A stretch of DNA of 64,000 nt, from contig OZ253476.1 in the NCBI GenBank assembly GCA_965261795.1, positions 4,052,771 through 4,116,770 of the forward strand, in the 5' to 3' direction. Shown here one piece after another: positions 20,192-30,700 of the stretch (the first letter of the stretch is position 1; the number at the start of each line of letters is the position of its first letter). The notes beneath the pieces were generated by a model. The model searched no databases. It saw only the letters and a list, made by a program, of their open reading frames with translations, and was not told the DNA's origin. The position numbers and the translations under genes are program-made. This DNA is from Dehalococcoidia bacterium. Lineage in GTDB: Bacteria > Chloroflexota > Dehalococcoidia > Lucifugimonadales > UBA3495.

Positions 20192-20961
20192 TGACGACTT
20201 TCGTTTCCACAGAATGGGTCTCCGAGCGAGTGGGGACGCCCGGGTTTCTGATAATAGACACCAGGTTCTCGATGCGGCACCTGATGGGCCATTTACGGGG
20301 CGCAGTCAGCCTGCCGTTGCGCAAGCTGACGGGCCCCACCGGCCGGCTTCTGGCCCCCGGCGAATTGGCGTCTGTCTTTGGCTCGGTGGGCCTCGGGAGC
20401 CATGAAACCCCGATACTCTACGACGGGACGGACGGGCGCAACGCCGCCATGATGGCTTGGTGCCTGGAGTACTTGGGCCGGGATGATGTCCACACCATGG
20501 AGGTGGTCTTCGACAACTGGAAAGGCGAGGGAAGAGAGGTGCTCTACCGCCCCGTCTCCACGGAGGCCCGCCAATTCACGGCCAATGTCAATCCGGCAAT
20601 CAGAGCAGAACTGGCCGACGTTTCCACCGGCGGCTTGAAACTGGTGGACGTGCGCAGCAAAGAGGAATACAACGGGGAATCGGAAGCCGACGAGAAGCCG
20701 GGACACATACCCGGGGCGGTGAATGTAGTCTGGCAAGAGTTGGTGGGGGCAGACGGCCAACTGCAATGCGAACCGGAAGCCGCCCGCCAAGCCTTGCAGG
20801 CGGCGAACATCAGCAAAGACGACCAAATCGTCACATATTGCAAGGTTGGGGCCCGCGCCGCCGTTGGCTATCAGGCCCTCAAGCGGCTGGGCTACAACGT
20901 AAGGCTGTACGACGCATCCTACGCCGAATGGGAGCAGAGCGGGCTGCCGGTAGAGAAGTAA
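20191..20961 (+). CDS. Two-domain rhodanese (thiosulfate/3-mercaptopyruvate sulfurtransferase-like)
   Basis: GHLRGAV and GHIPGAVN rhodanese motifs in two domains. Active-site loop YCKVGARAA. Its start overlaps the OsmC stop (TAATG). Confidence 0.8.
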   Translation: MTTFVSTEWVSERVGTPGFLIIDTRFSMRHLMGHLRGAVSLPLRKLTGPTGRLLAPGELASVFGSVGLGSHETPILYDGTDGRNAAMMAWCLEYLGRDDVHTMEVVFDNWKGEGREVLYRPVSTEARQFTANVNPAIRAELADVSTGGLKLVDVRSKEEYNGESEADEKPGHIPGAVNVVWQELVGADGQLQCEPEAARQALQAANISKDDQIVTYCKVGARAAVGYQALKRLGYNVRLYDASYAEWEQSGLPVEK

Positions 20962-21020
20962 CGGCTTCCGGCGAATCCCAGGAGTCTTGCCGAACCGGGC
21001 TTCGTGGAGGTTCGGGGTAG

Positions 21021-21710
21021 TCAGCGCCGCCTTACTCGACGGCGCAACTCTTCTTCCAGTTGCTCTATTCTGGCTTCGGCTTGACTCAAATTTCGGAGGT
21101 AGGCGCCGGTTTCCCGATTGTAAAACGCCAACATTTCATCTCGCCAGCACAGATCCAGCCTCAAAATTGGTCTGTATCCTTTCAGTACGCCGTCGGGTTC
21201 GTTGGTCAGTTCTATAGGCTGGTAGGCCCCGTCCACCAACCGATCTCCGGCCAAGGCATGTCCATAGAATTGGCCGCCGGAGTGGTCAAAGCGCCAGTAC
21301 TCGGGGACGCCGATCTGGGCGTAGATCTCCCGTTTTATCGTAATCTCCTGTCGCGCTGTGCTTTCTGAACCGACTTCCAGCACGAAATCAGGCGGTTTGC
21401 CCACCTCCCAAGGCAAGTATAACTTCCTTCGTTCGATCGCCAAGGCATCGACCCCGAAGGCCGCGTAAAAGTCGGGGCCAACCTGGACGTTCAGATCGGT
21501 AGCGTCGTAGCAAATGAAAGTGTTGCTGCTGCGGAAGACGTCTTCTGACGGGTGGAGGGCGGTAATGTGAGTGTCCAAAATATGAAGAATTTCTTGCAGG
21601 ACCGGGTATTGAAACATAGCGTCCGGCAGCGGCTCCGGTTCATCGGGATTAAACGATAAGCTGTCGTAGTCAACGACGGCTTGAATGTTGTATGCAAGCT
21701 TGGTGGTCAT
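21021..21710 (-). CDS. Uma2-family (DUF820) PD-(D/E)xK endonuclease
   Basis: PDFVLEVGSESTARQEITIKREIYAQIGVPEYWRFD matches the Uma2 signature (PD..vEv.S......D...K...Y...Gv.EYW). Confidence 0.75.
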   Translation of the reverse strand: MTTKLAYNIQAVVDYDSLSFNPDEPEPLPDAMFQYPVLQEILHILDTHITALHPSEDVFRSSNTFICYDATDLNVQVGPDFYAAFGVDALAIERRKLYLPWEVGKPPDFVLEVGSESTARQEITIKREIYAQIGVPEYWRFDHSGGQFYGHALAGDRLVDGAYQPIELTNEPDGVLKGYRPILRLDLCWRDEMLAFYNRETGAYLRNLSQAEARIEQLEEELRRRVRRR

Positions 21711-21884
21711 GCAGGCCTCTGGGTGATGTTGGACCTTGCCTCTTATGTTGCTTCTCGTTTACCTGATGATAACACAGACCACTCTCCTCCCATCCGCCAG
21801 CGCGCGGCCACTAAACGGGGCGTTTACTCAACCCAAAGCAGGAAGTGGGCGGTACACACGCCCTCACAGACGAAGCGGGCGTAC

Positions 21885-23189
21885 CTATACAACGGCGGAG
21901 ATGGCATGGTCCAGTATCTCCGCCGCAAGGTCCATCTGGTCCTCAGTGGTGGTGAACGGCGGAACGAAGCGAAGGACCGACCCGCGCCGGCGTACACTGA
22001 CAATCAGGCCGTTTCCCAAGCACAGGCGTCCGATTTGCTGGCCTTGGCTGTAGGCCGGGGTCTTGCTTTCACGGTCGGTGACAAACTCCACGCCTTGCAG
22101 CAGTCCTCGCCCTCGGATATCGCCCACCAGTTCGTGCTTTTCGCTCAGTCGGCGTAAATGGCCCTGCCAATAAGCGCCTACCCTATTGGCTACGTCCGTC
22201 AGACCTTCTTCCAGGATAATGTCTATGCTGGCTATGGCGGCGTTGCAGGTCAACGGATCGTTGGAGTGAGAGTGGGCCACCACTAAGCCTGTATCCACCG
22301 CCTTCTCTTCGATTTCGTCGGTCGTAATGGTCGCGCTTATGGCGATGCCCCCGCCAAAGTGTTTCGACACAGTTAATATGTCCGGTGTCACGTCTTCCTG
22401 CTCGAAGGCCCACATAGTCCCCAGCTTGGCCAAACCAGTCTGGGCTTCATCCAGGATAAGCAGCATCCCGCGCCGTTCGCAGCGCAACTTCAACTCCCGT
22501 AGCCAACCCGGCGGCGGCTCTATCACTCCGCCCGCGCTGAACAGAGGCTCGGTAATGACGGCGGCCATCCGGCCATCGGCCTGCGCATCGAGCAACTCAA
22601 AACTGGTGTCCAAGCAGGTGTTGTCGCACGCCGGTTTGTCCTGGCAGAAGTTGCACCGGTAGCGGTAGGGCGCAAGGATGGGGTAGTTGCCCGGAGCGTA
22701 AGGGCCATAGCCTTGGCGCCACCCGGAGAAGGTGACGGCCCTGGCCGCGTCGGTCATGCCGTGGAAGCTAACCACCGGGCTGGCTACCTCGTAACCCCCG
22801 GTGTAGCGCTTGGCGATAGCCATCGCAGCCTCGTTGGAGTCGCTGCCGGAAGTCAGGAACATGCTGCGGTTGAGGCCGGGGGGAGTTATTTCCGCCAAGC
22901 GGCTGGCCAGGATGATCTCCCGGTCGTTGAATATGGTCATGTGGCTGTGAATCAGCGACTCCGCGCTCTCCTGAAGCGCCTGCACTATGCGGGGGTGGTT
23001 GTGCCCCAAGGCGGCGCACATCTGGCCGGAGTTAAAGTCCAGATACTCTTTCCCGTTCACGTCGCGGACCACGGAGCCGCGGCCCCACACGAAAATCGGG
23101 CCGGTCACGGCGTTGCGGTCCATCCGGCTGCGGAAGCTGTACTTCCTTGCCAATTCCAATAGCTCTTCCTCTGACAATCCGCCGGTCAT
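21885..23189 (-). CDS. Class-III (omega/acetylornithine-type) PLP aminotransferase
   Basis: 434 aa. LTSGSDSNEAA, LILDEAQTGLAKLG and the PLP-Lys context DILTVSKHFGGG. Confidence 0.85.
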   Translation of the reverse strand: MTGGLSEEELLELARKYSFRSRMDRNAVTGPIFVWGRGSVVRDVNGKEYLDFNSGQMCAALGHNHPRIVQALQESAESLIHSHMTIFNDREIILASRLAEITPPGLNRSMFLTSGSDSNEAAMAIAKRYTGGYEVASPVVSFHGMTDAARAVTFSGWRQGYGPYAPGNYPILAPYRYRCNFCQDKPACDNTCLDTSFELLDAQADGRMAAVITEPLFSAGGVIEPPPGWLRELKLRCERRGMLLILDEAQTGLAKLGTMWAFEQEDVTPDILTVSKHFGGGIAISATITTDEIEEKAVDTGLVVAHSHSNDPLTCNAAIASIDIILEEGLTDVANRVGAYWQGHLRRLSEKHELVGDIRGRGLLQGVEFVTDRESKTPAYSQGQQIGRLCLGNGLIVSVRRRGSVLRFVPPFTTTEDQMDLAAEILDHAISAVV

Positions 23190-23285
23190 AAAGCCACCTG
23201 TCCTCCGGTAAACACGTGGGCCTGCCGTTGCGTTAACGGCAGGCCCACCGAATCACCGGGATAATGTTAATTAATAAATACCGCC

Positions 23286-23301
23286 CTCTCCCTTCGGAGA
23301 G
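23286..23301 (-). terminator. Small hairpin plus T-rich tail downstream of the LLM gene
   Basis: ctctcc-cttc-ggagag. The minus strand continues ggcggtatttattaattaac. A second 14-bp-stem hairpin lies at 23216-23248. Confidence 0.4.
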
Positions 23302-23323
23302 TATCTCCGTAGGCCTTTTCAGG

Positions 23324-24508
23324 CTAAGCGGCGGCCTTGGCTTGGTCCTTGAATACGGGCATCACCTCCGTGCCGAACCACTCCAACTGTTCCAGGATGA
23401 CGCTTTGAGGGGTCCCAATTACGGAGCCAACGTTGACGGCCTCAAGCCCGGGGTACCTATCCTGGATGTCCTGAATCTTCTCAATTATCTGTTCCGGGGG
23501 GCCGCACAACCAGGAACCCCCGGTCACTGCTTCCTCAAGCGTGGGAAGTCCGGCGTGACGCGCTTTGGCCGGGTCGGCCAAGTCGGCCATTTGCTGACTG
23601 GTCAGGCCGCGCACAAACCCCAGCGGCGCAAACATCTTCATGTTCTCTTCAAAGAATATTCGCGCCTCGTTTATGGCCTTCTCTTCGGTGTCGGCCAAGT
23701 GGATGGAGTAGCCGATGGCCAGGTCCGTTCCCAGTTCGGTCTCCCGGCCGTACTTGGCCAAGGTGTCCCGCCACTGCTCCACGACCCGGTCGGTGGCGCC
23801 GCCGGCAGCGGCGCCGCCGCCGATGACACCCTTCATGCCGTGCTTGGCCATGAAGTCCATCTGCCGCTCACTGGCGCTTACGACGGGTTGCCAAGTCTCC
23901 ACCGGCAGCGTTCGCGGCCTTGGCACTAACGTAATATCCTTCAGTTCATAACCCCGGTAGGGGACCGCCGGCGGGATGTTGTAATGCTCGCCGTGGTGAG
24001 AAAAGGCCCGTTCATTAAAGGCCTTGAACAGGACTTCGGTCTGTTCTTCGAAAAGTGCCCGGTTGGCCTCGTTGTCGATAGCCGTGCTGGGATTGCCGAA
24101 CACCTCCACTTCCCGGGAGTGGTAACCCCGGCCCACACCGAAAATGACCCTGCCCTCGGTCAGGATGTCGGCGGTGGCAAAATCCTCCGCCAACCGAAGC
24201 GGGTGCCACATGGGGTTGATGTTGAAGCCGCAGCCAAACTTGAGGTTCTTGGTCAAGTGGGCCAAGTGAACGAACAACAGCAACAAATTGGGGATGCACT
24301 CGTACCCTTCTCTCTGGAAATGGTGTTCAGCCGCCCAGAAGACGTCGTAGCCCAACCTGTCCATGGTCAGGGCAATGGCCTCGGTCTTGTCGAACACCGT
24401 GGCAAGATGCTCGTCGGACAGCCACCGGTCATTTACGGGGGTGCCGTCCCATCCCATGTTGTCCAAGTCCACGTGACCGGCGAACAAGCTACCGAACTGC
24501 GTTATCAT
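23324..24508 (-). CDS. LLM-class (luciferase-like) flavin/F420-dependent oxidoreductase, paralog 1
   Basis: WAAEHHF, GRVIFGVGRGY and LEAVNV motifs. Start moved to ATG 24508, preceded by TAGGAGGG at 6-nt spacing. Confidence 0.8.
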   Translation of the reverse strand: MITQFGSLFAGHVDLDNMGWDGTPVNDRWLSDEHLATVFDKTEAIALTMDRLGYDVFWAAEHHFQREGYECIPNLLLLFVHLAHLTKNLKFGCGFNINPMWHPLRLAEDFATADILTEGRVIFGVGRGYHSREVEVFGNPSTAIDNEANRALFEEQTEVLFKAFNERAFSHHGEHYNIPPAVPYRGYELKDITLVPRPRTLPVETWQPVVSASERQMDFMAKHGMKGVIGGGAAAGGATDRVVEQWRDTLAKYGRETELGTDLAIGYSIHLADTEEKAINEARIFFEENMKMFAPLGFVRGLTSQQMADLADPAKARHAGLPTLEEAVTGGSWLCGPPEQIIEKIQDIQDRYPGLEAVNVGSVIGTPQSVILEQLEWFGTEVMPVFKDQAKAAA

Positions 24509-24770
24509 TCTTACCCTCCTAAATGGGACCGCGCCCTTCGACGGCTCGCCGATCTCCAAGCCCGGTTCTATAGGTCATTTTAGTCCGGTGACCAACCCTG
24601 TCAAGCCCAACTCACTGCATCAGCCGAGTACAGGGCAGGCAACATTCGGTTCAACCGGACCCGTGAGATGGCCGGAAGCGACCTATCGACGGAGACCAAG
24701 CCGGATACTCTGGTAAAATATGTATAATCATATCGGGGCAGGGTGATTAACCCAAGGGCGGGGTGGGTAT

Positions 24771-25559
24771 ATGGATGCCACCAATCAGCAACAAAGGATA
24801 TTGATAGTAGACGATGAAGCTGGCTCGGCCATCGTTACGGCGGTTCGGCGCAGGTTGGAAGACGAGGGATGGCTGCCTATAGTGGTGCAGCCGGAAAATC
24901 GGTGGGCGTTGGCAGAGGAGTTCGAGACAGCCGCCCTTTTCGCCATAGAGGAACGGCAGCCCGATGGGGTGCTGTTGGACGTCAGGTTCGGTGAGCACCG
25001 GGATGACCGTTTCAAGGGCCTGGAGATTTTACAGGAGATCGTCAAACGCCATCCCCGGTTGCCGATTTTGATGTTCACCCAATACGCACAGGGTCCTGAC
25101 CGGGACACGGCAGTGCGGGGGGCCTTGCATTGGGACGCACCCGTTGACTTCATCGACAAACTCGCCAGCCCGGAAGAAGTAGTGCTGCGACTGCGCCGCC
25201 TCATCGGCACTTCACCCGAGAGCATACCTGTGGGCAACCGCATCATCGTTGACGTCGGCACCGGGGTTGTTCAAGTTAAGGGCGATGACCAATTCTCTCC
25301 GGTGGTGGAACTGCAAGGCATGAAGTTTGAAATCCTCCGTGAATTAGCCGCTGCATGGTACCGCAGCCCGGGTGAATTGGTGCCCTTCAGCAAGCTGGAG
25401 CGCTACTCGGAAGGGGATGACCCGCGGGCATCGCTGCGGGTCAGAATCCGGGAGATCAAGGACGTCCTTGGTAGAGCGATCGGAATCCGATTCGCCGCCG
25501 GGGAGTTCATCATCAACGTTCGCGACCAAGGTTATCGTCTGGTACCGCCAAGGAACTAG
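24771..25559 (+). CDS. Response regulator, receiver plus OmpR/PhoB-type winged-helix output
   Basis: RILIVDDE...LLDVRF...FIDK receiver motifs. C-terminal LRVRIREIKDVLG...INVRDQGYRL. Confidence 0.85.
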   Translation: MDATNQQQRILIVDDEAGSAIVTAVRRRLEDEGWLPIVVQPENRWALAEEFETAALFAIEERQPDGVLLDVRFGEHRDDRFKGLEILQEIVKRHPRLPILMFTQYAQGPDRDTAVRGALHWDAPVDFIDKLASPEEVVLRLRRLIGTSPESIPVGNRIIVDVGTGVVQVKGDDQFSPVVELQGMKFEILRELAAAWYRSPGELVPFSKLERYSEGDDPRASLRVRIREIKDVLGRAIGIRFAAGEFIINVRDQGYRLVPPRN

Positions 25560-25696
25560 TACCGTTTCCACTTGAATATGCCTTATATCACATATCTGTT
25601 TCACCTGTTAATCATTCCCACCCGCGCAACCGGGAATCCAGAGTTAGAGGCAGCTTTACCGTATCAACAAATCTATCTGGAAACGGTACTAGACCC

Positions 25697-26665
25697 ATGT
25701 CCGATTGGCTTGGTATGCAATCCAAGGTCAGGACCACTGGTGGTCTTGTCCTTTTCTTAGGGATAATCAGCCTTATCCTGGCGCCTGTCGTGGGCAACAT
25801 GGTGTTCCGCAGCCTCTGGAGTGTAGAACCTCTTTCTTACATTGGGGCGATTCTGGCGGCGCTGGGTCTGGGTGTAGTATCCCTCTCCTACGTCGCGCCT
25901 GCCGTAATGGCCAGAAACAAGGCCGCCGCCGATGCCGTTGCCCAGCAGCATTGGAGCAGGGTAACTCAACACTACTTCGACCTGTTCGACCACGACTTGG
26001 GACGCCCTATCCGCCGCATCTCCGGCAAAGAGCGGGAATTGCGGGCCGTGCTGAAGTTCTCGGGCGCGGAGACGGACCCGAACGTCCAAGCCCTATTGGA
26101 CGAAATCGAGATGCAGACACCCAACTTCCGCCTGATGATGTCCAACATCCAGACGCTGGTGCAGTTGGAGGACCCCGGTTCTTCAGCCCAAACTCAACCG
26201 GTTGAACCCTCTGAGGTGATACGAAAAATCGTAGACCGCTACATCCTGGTGGCCGAGCAATCCGGCAAGGACATTTCCTGGTGGGCCGAGCCTTCCGATT
26301 TCGGTCTTGTCTACTCCGACAGTTCCGCCATCGAGCACATTGTCACTAACCTGGTTGACAACGCGGTGCGCCTCGCTACCAGCCGCGTCGAAGTGCGGCT
26401 TAGCAAAGACGATAGCAAGTACTACGTGGAGGTGTGGGATGACGGTGTCGGCATCCCGTCCCATTACGCCAATTACATCTTCGATCACGGCTGGACGCCG
26501 GAAGTGGCGCGCAGGGAGGAAAAGTCCAGTTCAGGGCTTGGGTTGTTTATCGCCCGCACGCTCGCCGAGCGGTGTAAAGGGACACTGAAATTGGAAACCG
26601 TAACCAAACCTGACTCTAATCACCACACCTCATTCCTGCTCAGCCTGCCCTTAAATGCCGCTTGA
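25697..26665 (+). CDS. Sensor histidine kinase (2 TM, short loop)
   Basis: Two N-terminal TM helices. H-box-like FDLFDHDLGRPI. N box NLVDNAV. G1 WDDGVGIP. G2 SSGLGLFIA. Confidence 0.8.
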   Translation: MSDWLGMQSKVRTTGGLVLFLGIISLILAPVVGNMVFRSLWSVEPLSYIGAILAALGLGVVSLSYVAPAVMARNKAAADAVAQQHWSRVTQHYFDLFDHDLGRPIRRISGKERELRAVLKFSGAETDPNVQALLDEIEMQTPNFRLMMSNIQTLVQLEDPGSSAQTQPVEPSEVIRKIVDRYILVAEQSGKDISWWAEPSDFGLVYSDSSAIEHIVTNLVDNAVRLATSRVEVRLSKDDSKYYVEVWDDGVGIPSHYANYIFDHGWTPEVARREEKSSSGLGLFIARTLAERCKGTLKLETVTKPDSNHHTSFLLSLPLNAA

Positions 26666-26732
26666 TCAGTAATTTCCCTCATGAGTGGCCCATGTTGGCG
26701 TGCAACCGGTGCGGTCTGACGGAGACCCCGCG

Positions 26733-27602
26733 GTGAAACCAATCAACCTGGCATTGGGCATCGCGCTTATGGGGACGGTCTTCAGTTTTGCTGCCTGTTT
26801 CCAAGTGGTCCCTCGCCCCGGCGCAGGGCCAACCCAACAACCACATGCGTCACCATCCCCTACCGGCCCGACGCCCGTAATAGTCTCTGTTCCAAGGCCA
26901 ACCGAGCAGCCAACACCCACCACGACTCCCGTTCTTGTTCCGGAAGAGACTGCACCGCCGGAGCCCACCCGGGTTGCGATCGCACCGACGCGGATTGCAC
27001 CGGACCCCGCCGAATCTCCGCACGTCAAGCCCACTACCGTTGCGTCTACGCCGCAACCCACGACGCCCCTTCCTCCTACCAGGAGACCGGCCAGTACAAT
27101 ATTCCTTGAAGTTCGCAGTCCGGCGGACGACAGCCAGGTTCGCAGCGGCGCGGTAGTGCTTAGCGGCGTAGTCAGTCCGGGCGCAAGGGTCAGCATCAAC
27201 CAAGAGCAGGCGATTGTAGAGGAAGACGGCAAATTCCGCGGCGCGGTTGACCTTGTTCCCGGCAAGAACGAGATTCAGGTCGTGGCTACGGACATCCAAG
27301 GCAACCAAGTGACCAAGGTTGTAACAGTAACCTCTATCACAGTTCCAGTGCGCCCGTTCATGCTGGTGATAACCGAGCCCAAGCACGAAAGCATAGTATC
27401 GGACGAGAACATCCAGCTATCTGGCCGCACCGGGCCGGAGGCCGTGGTCAGCGTCAACGGCGCTTTGCAGTCCGTTGACTTGATGGGCAACTTCTCGACC
27501 CCGGTAGTATTAGAACCGGGGCCAAATCTTTTTGACGTAGTGGCCACGAACGTCGACGGCAGGGTCAGCAGTTCGGTAGTCGCGGTGATTTACCGCCCAT
27601 GA
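26733..27602 (+). CDS. Lipoprotein with Pro/Thr linker and two Ig-like beta-sandwich repeats
   Basis: GTG 26733 (GGAG upstream) gives VKPINLALGIALMGTVFSFAAC (lipobox). Two ~85-aa repeats: SGVVSPGARVSINQ...GKNEIQVVATD and SGRTGPEAVVSVNG...GPNLFDVVATN. Confidence 0.55.
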   Translation: MKPINLALGIALMGTVFSFAACFQVVPRPGAGPTQQPHASPSPTGPTPVIVSVPRPTEQPTPTTTPVLVPEETAPPEPTRVAIAPTRIAPDPAESPHVKPTTVASTPQPTTPLPPTRRPASTIFLEVRSPADDSQVRSGAVVLSGVVSPGARVSINQEQAIVEEDGKFRGAVDLVPGKNEIQVVATDIQGNQVTKVVTVTSITVPVRPFMLVITEPKHESIVSDENIQLSGRTGPEAVVSVNGALQSVDLMGNFSTPVVLEPGPNLFDVVATNVDGRVSSSVVAVIYRP

Positions 27603-27729
27603 TAATAGACCGTTTGCATCCCGCCATCAGAAATAGGCAGAAACAGGACAGCGTCCGCCGACGGACAGCTACAAACCAGCCAGACTCAACCCGGCTCAGC
27701 GTCTGCAAGGCGCATTGGTCATTAATGCG

Positions 27730-30700
27730 ATGCTAAAAACTGTAATGAAAGCGGTGGGCCGGACAGTTGCAGCGTCGGTGTTGGTCTTTCTCATGATGGG
27801 AGACTATTCACACTACGCCCAAGCCCAAGAAAACGACGATAGTCCGCCCCAGCTTTCGCTGCCGGGAAGCATCACGGTGGAAGCGACGGGGCCTTCCGGT
27901 GTTAACGTCTCGTTCGACGCCGTCGCTATCGACATAGTAGACCCGGACCCGGTCGTGACATGCAAGCCTTCTTCGGATTCCGAGTTCAACTTGGGAACGA
28001 CCCGGGTGGTGTGTACGGCCACCGACGACGCCGGGAACACCAGCAGTGGAAGTTTCCCGGTCACGGTAAGAGACATCACTCCTCCTTTGCTGACCCTTCC
28101 GGCCAGCTTCAAGACCGAAGCCAGCAGCAAGCTGGGCGCGCTGGTTATCTTCACCAACATAGCAACCGACTCGGTGGACCCAAGCCCGGTGGTTGAGTGC
28201 GAACCTTCCTCCGTCTCCACCTTTCCCTTGGGGACTACTACGGTCAGTTGTGCAGCCACCGATGCCTCGGGAAACGTCTCCGGAGACCACTTCCTGGTCA
28301 CCGTCGAAGACACTACACCGCCAACCATCACTGGCCGCATGTCGCCTTTGCTGAACGTCAACGGGTGGCATAACACCGAAGTCGCGGTGACCTTTAATTG
28401 CTCCGACTCCGCCTCCGGAGTTGCCGCCTGCATCGGCGATGAAGTATTGGTCAACAACGGGGCGAACCAGCGGGTCAGGGGCACGTCGACCGACACCGCT
28501 GGCAACAGTGCGTTCTTCACTATGCCAGGAATTAACATAGACCGGGCGCCTCCGGTCATTACCATAAACTCCCCGCGTAACGGGGCAGAGTTCTCCATAT
28601 TGAAGAGAGTGGCGGCCGGTTGGAACGTGGCCGATGCACTGTCGGGAGTAGGCTCGGCTACCGCATCCACCAGGCAGGGAGAACCTATCGATACCTCCAC
28701 CCTGGGTACCCATACTTTTGCTGTGACCGCCACAGACTTGGCGGGAAACCGAACCACCACAACACACACCTATACCGTTGTCGCGCCCTTCTCAACTTTC
28801 TTGATGAGCAAGGTGGAGGTGACTCTGGAAGGAGGAGCGCCCAGGGACGAATTTCGTCTAGCCGGGGTGTTCGAGTTGGGTCCGCACAGCAACGGCATAG
28901 ACGTTGCCAATGAACGAACCACCATTATCCTGGGAGACTTCACCCAAGTCATACCCGCGGGGTCTTTCGTCCCGGAAGAAGATAGAGGCTACAGGCTTGA
29001 CGGTGTTCCGGGAGGGATTGTCCGCGCCCGAATCAGAGATGACGGGCAGTTCTCGGTGACCGCAACCCGATTGGACCTGTTGCAAGTGTCTCGAAGCGAC
29101 CCTGTGCCCATTTCCTTGGCCATCGGCGACGACGTGGGTAATACCACCATCCAATTGATGCGTTCGGGACAATTCACGTTGGAAACCCGTCCGGCCATGG
29201 ACTTCTTTGGCGTCGTAGAGGCTGTGGAACACCAGACCCTCCATGTCAGGACCGGGGAGGAGACCCACAAGGTAGTCTTAATAGACGACACAAACGTCCG
29301 CCTGATGCACAAACAAGATGCGTTCTCAGGGGACCTGGTGGCCGGCGACCGGGTTGCGGTTTCGCTGGCAGAGCGGGAAGGGAAACTCTTCGGCGATCAA
29401 ATAGTGCTGCTTCGTCAGAAGACCAGGTTCAAGCACCTGCCGGGCGAGGTCATAGCTGTTACCGACACGCACCTGACCATCAGGCCCAGCTATGAAATGT
29501 GGGAGCCTATCACCTTCTCGCGAGGTCCAGGGACGCCCATCCAATATTTCCAAGGAGAGACCGCGCTTGCACCGGGGTCACACGTGATAGTCGTGGCGGA
29601 GCAAGACCCCCTGACAGGACTGTATTTCCCTGAAGCCAAGGGAATAAACATAATAGCAGTCGGAGAAAAGGATGGCGACCATGGAGGCGAGGAGCCTTCG
29701 CCGCCGGATTGGATTGACCACGCCATCATCCCGGGCGTCTTAAAGGGAGTAACCAATTCCGGAGAATGGACCATCGGCGGCATCTCCGTAGCCGTGGGTG
29801 TGGAAACCAAATTCGATGAAGGGCTGACGGTTGGGCAGATGTCAAGCGCCAAAGCGGCTTTGAGAGCGGACGGGTCGTTGTTGGCAACGGAAGTCCGGCG
29901 GGTATCCTACGACACCGGCATCAGCGGAAGCGCCGAACTGGAAGGTCCTTTCCAAGGCTTGGACGAGCCGTCGGGGAGATGGATAATCGGGTCTGCCTTG
30001 GTGACGGTAAGGCCGAGCATAAACATCGACGGAGTGCCCAGAGCAGGCCAGCGACTGAAGGTATTCGCGTTGGTCAGTAAAGACGGCGCGTTGCTGGCCC
30101 GAGAAGTGCAATACGTAGAGGAACAAGCCTCCGGAGAGAGCGAAGCCGATTATTTGAAGCTGAAGGGGACCTTTCTGGGAGTCGACCCTCAGGGGAATTG
30201 GATTATTCACGGAGCCAGGGTCGCTGTGGGCCGTCAGACCAGATTGGAAGGCGACCCGGCCATCGGTCATCAGATAGAGGCGTTGGCTACGGTCCGGGAC
30301 GACAACTCGTACTTGGCCCGGAGCATCACCGGCAGGCCAAAAACCCCTTGGCCGCCCGCTCCTACGGCCTACATTCACGGCGCAATAGAAAAAGTCCTGG
30401 AGGACGGCTCGCCGGTTGTCAACGGGGTGGAGGTGTCATTGAGTGCCCTCACCAAGCTGGACCGGTCGCCCCGGCCTGGAGATTTCGTGGAAGTGACGGC
30501 TCTTGTCCGTCCGGGCAGGGCTTTCCTTGCAGCCGAAATAGACAACCACGAGGCCGACTCCGGCAGCCTCTTTACGGAGACAAGCCCGGTGACCTTTCAA
30601 GGGCCCATTGATGACATTGGCCAAAACACGGGCTTGGTGGTGAACGGCATCCCCGTGACAATCAGCCCTCTCACTAATGTTCGAGGTTACTTGGTGGAAG

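Noticed and set aside
20991-21016. Hairpin ccgaacc...ggttcgg between the convergent rhodanese and Uma2 genes as a bidirectional terminator
   Set aside because: The stem is only 7 bp with a 12-nt loop and there is no U-tract on either strand. Too weak to call.
24721-24728. TGTATAAT as an extended -10 promoter for the response regulator (the same octamer occurs at 42106-42113 at the hicA start)
   Set aside because: No acceptable -35 exists at 16-18 nt, and the TG is not spaced as in the TGnTATAAT consensus. It remains a possibility only and is not annotated.
27808-28769. Two overlapping ~319-aa minus-strand ORFs
   Set aside because: They are antisense to the HYR-domain region of the giant surface protein. 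They are mutually overlapping frames with no RBS or motifs.
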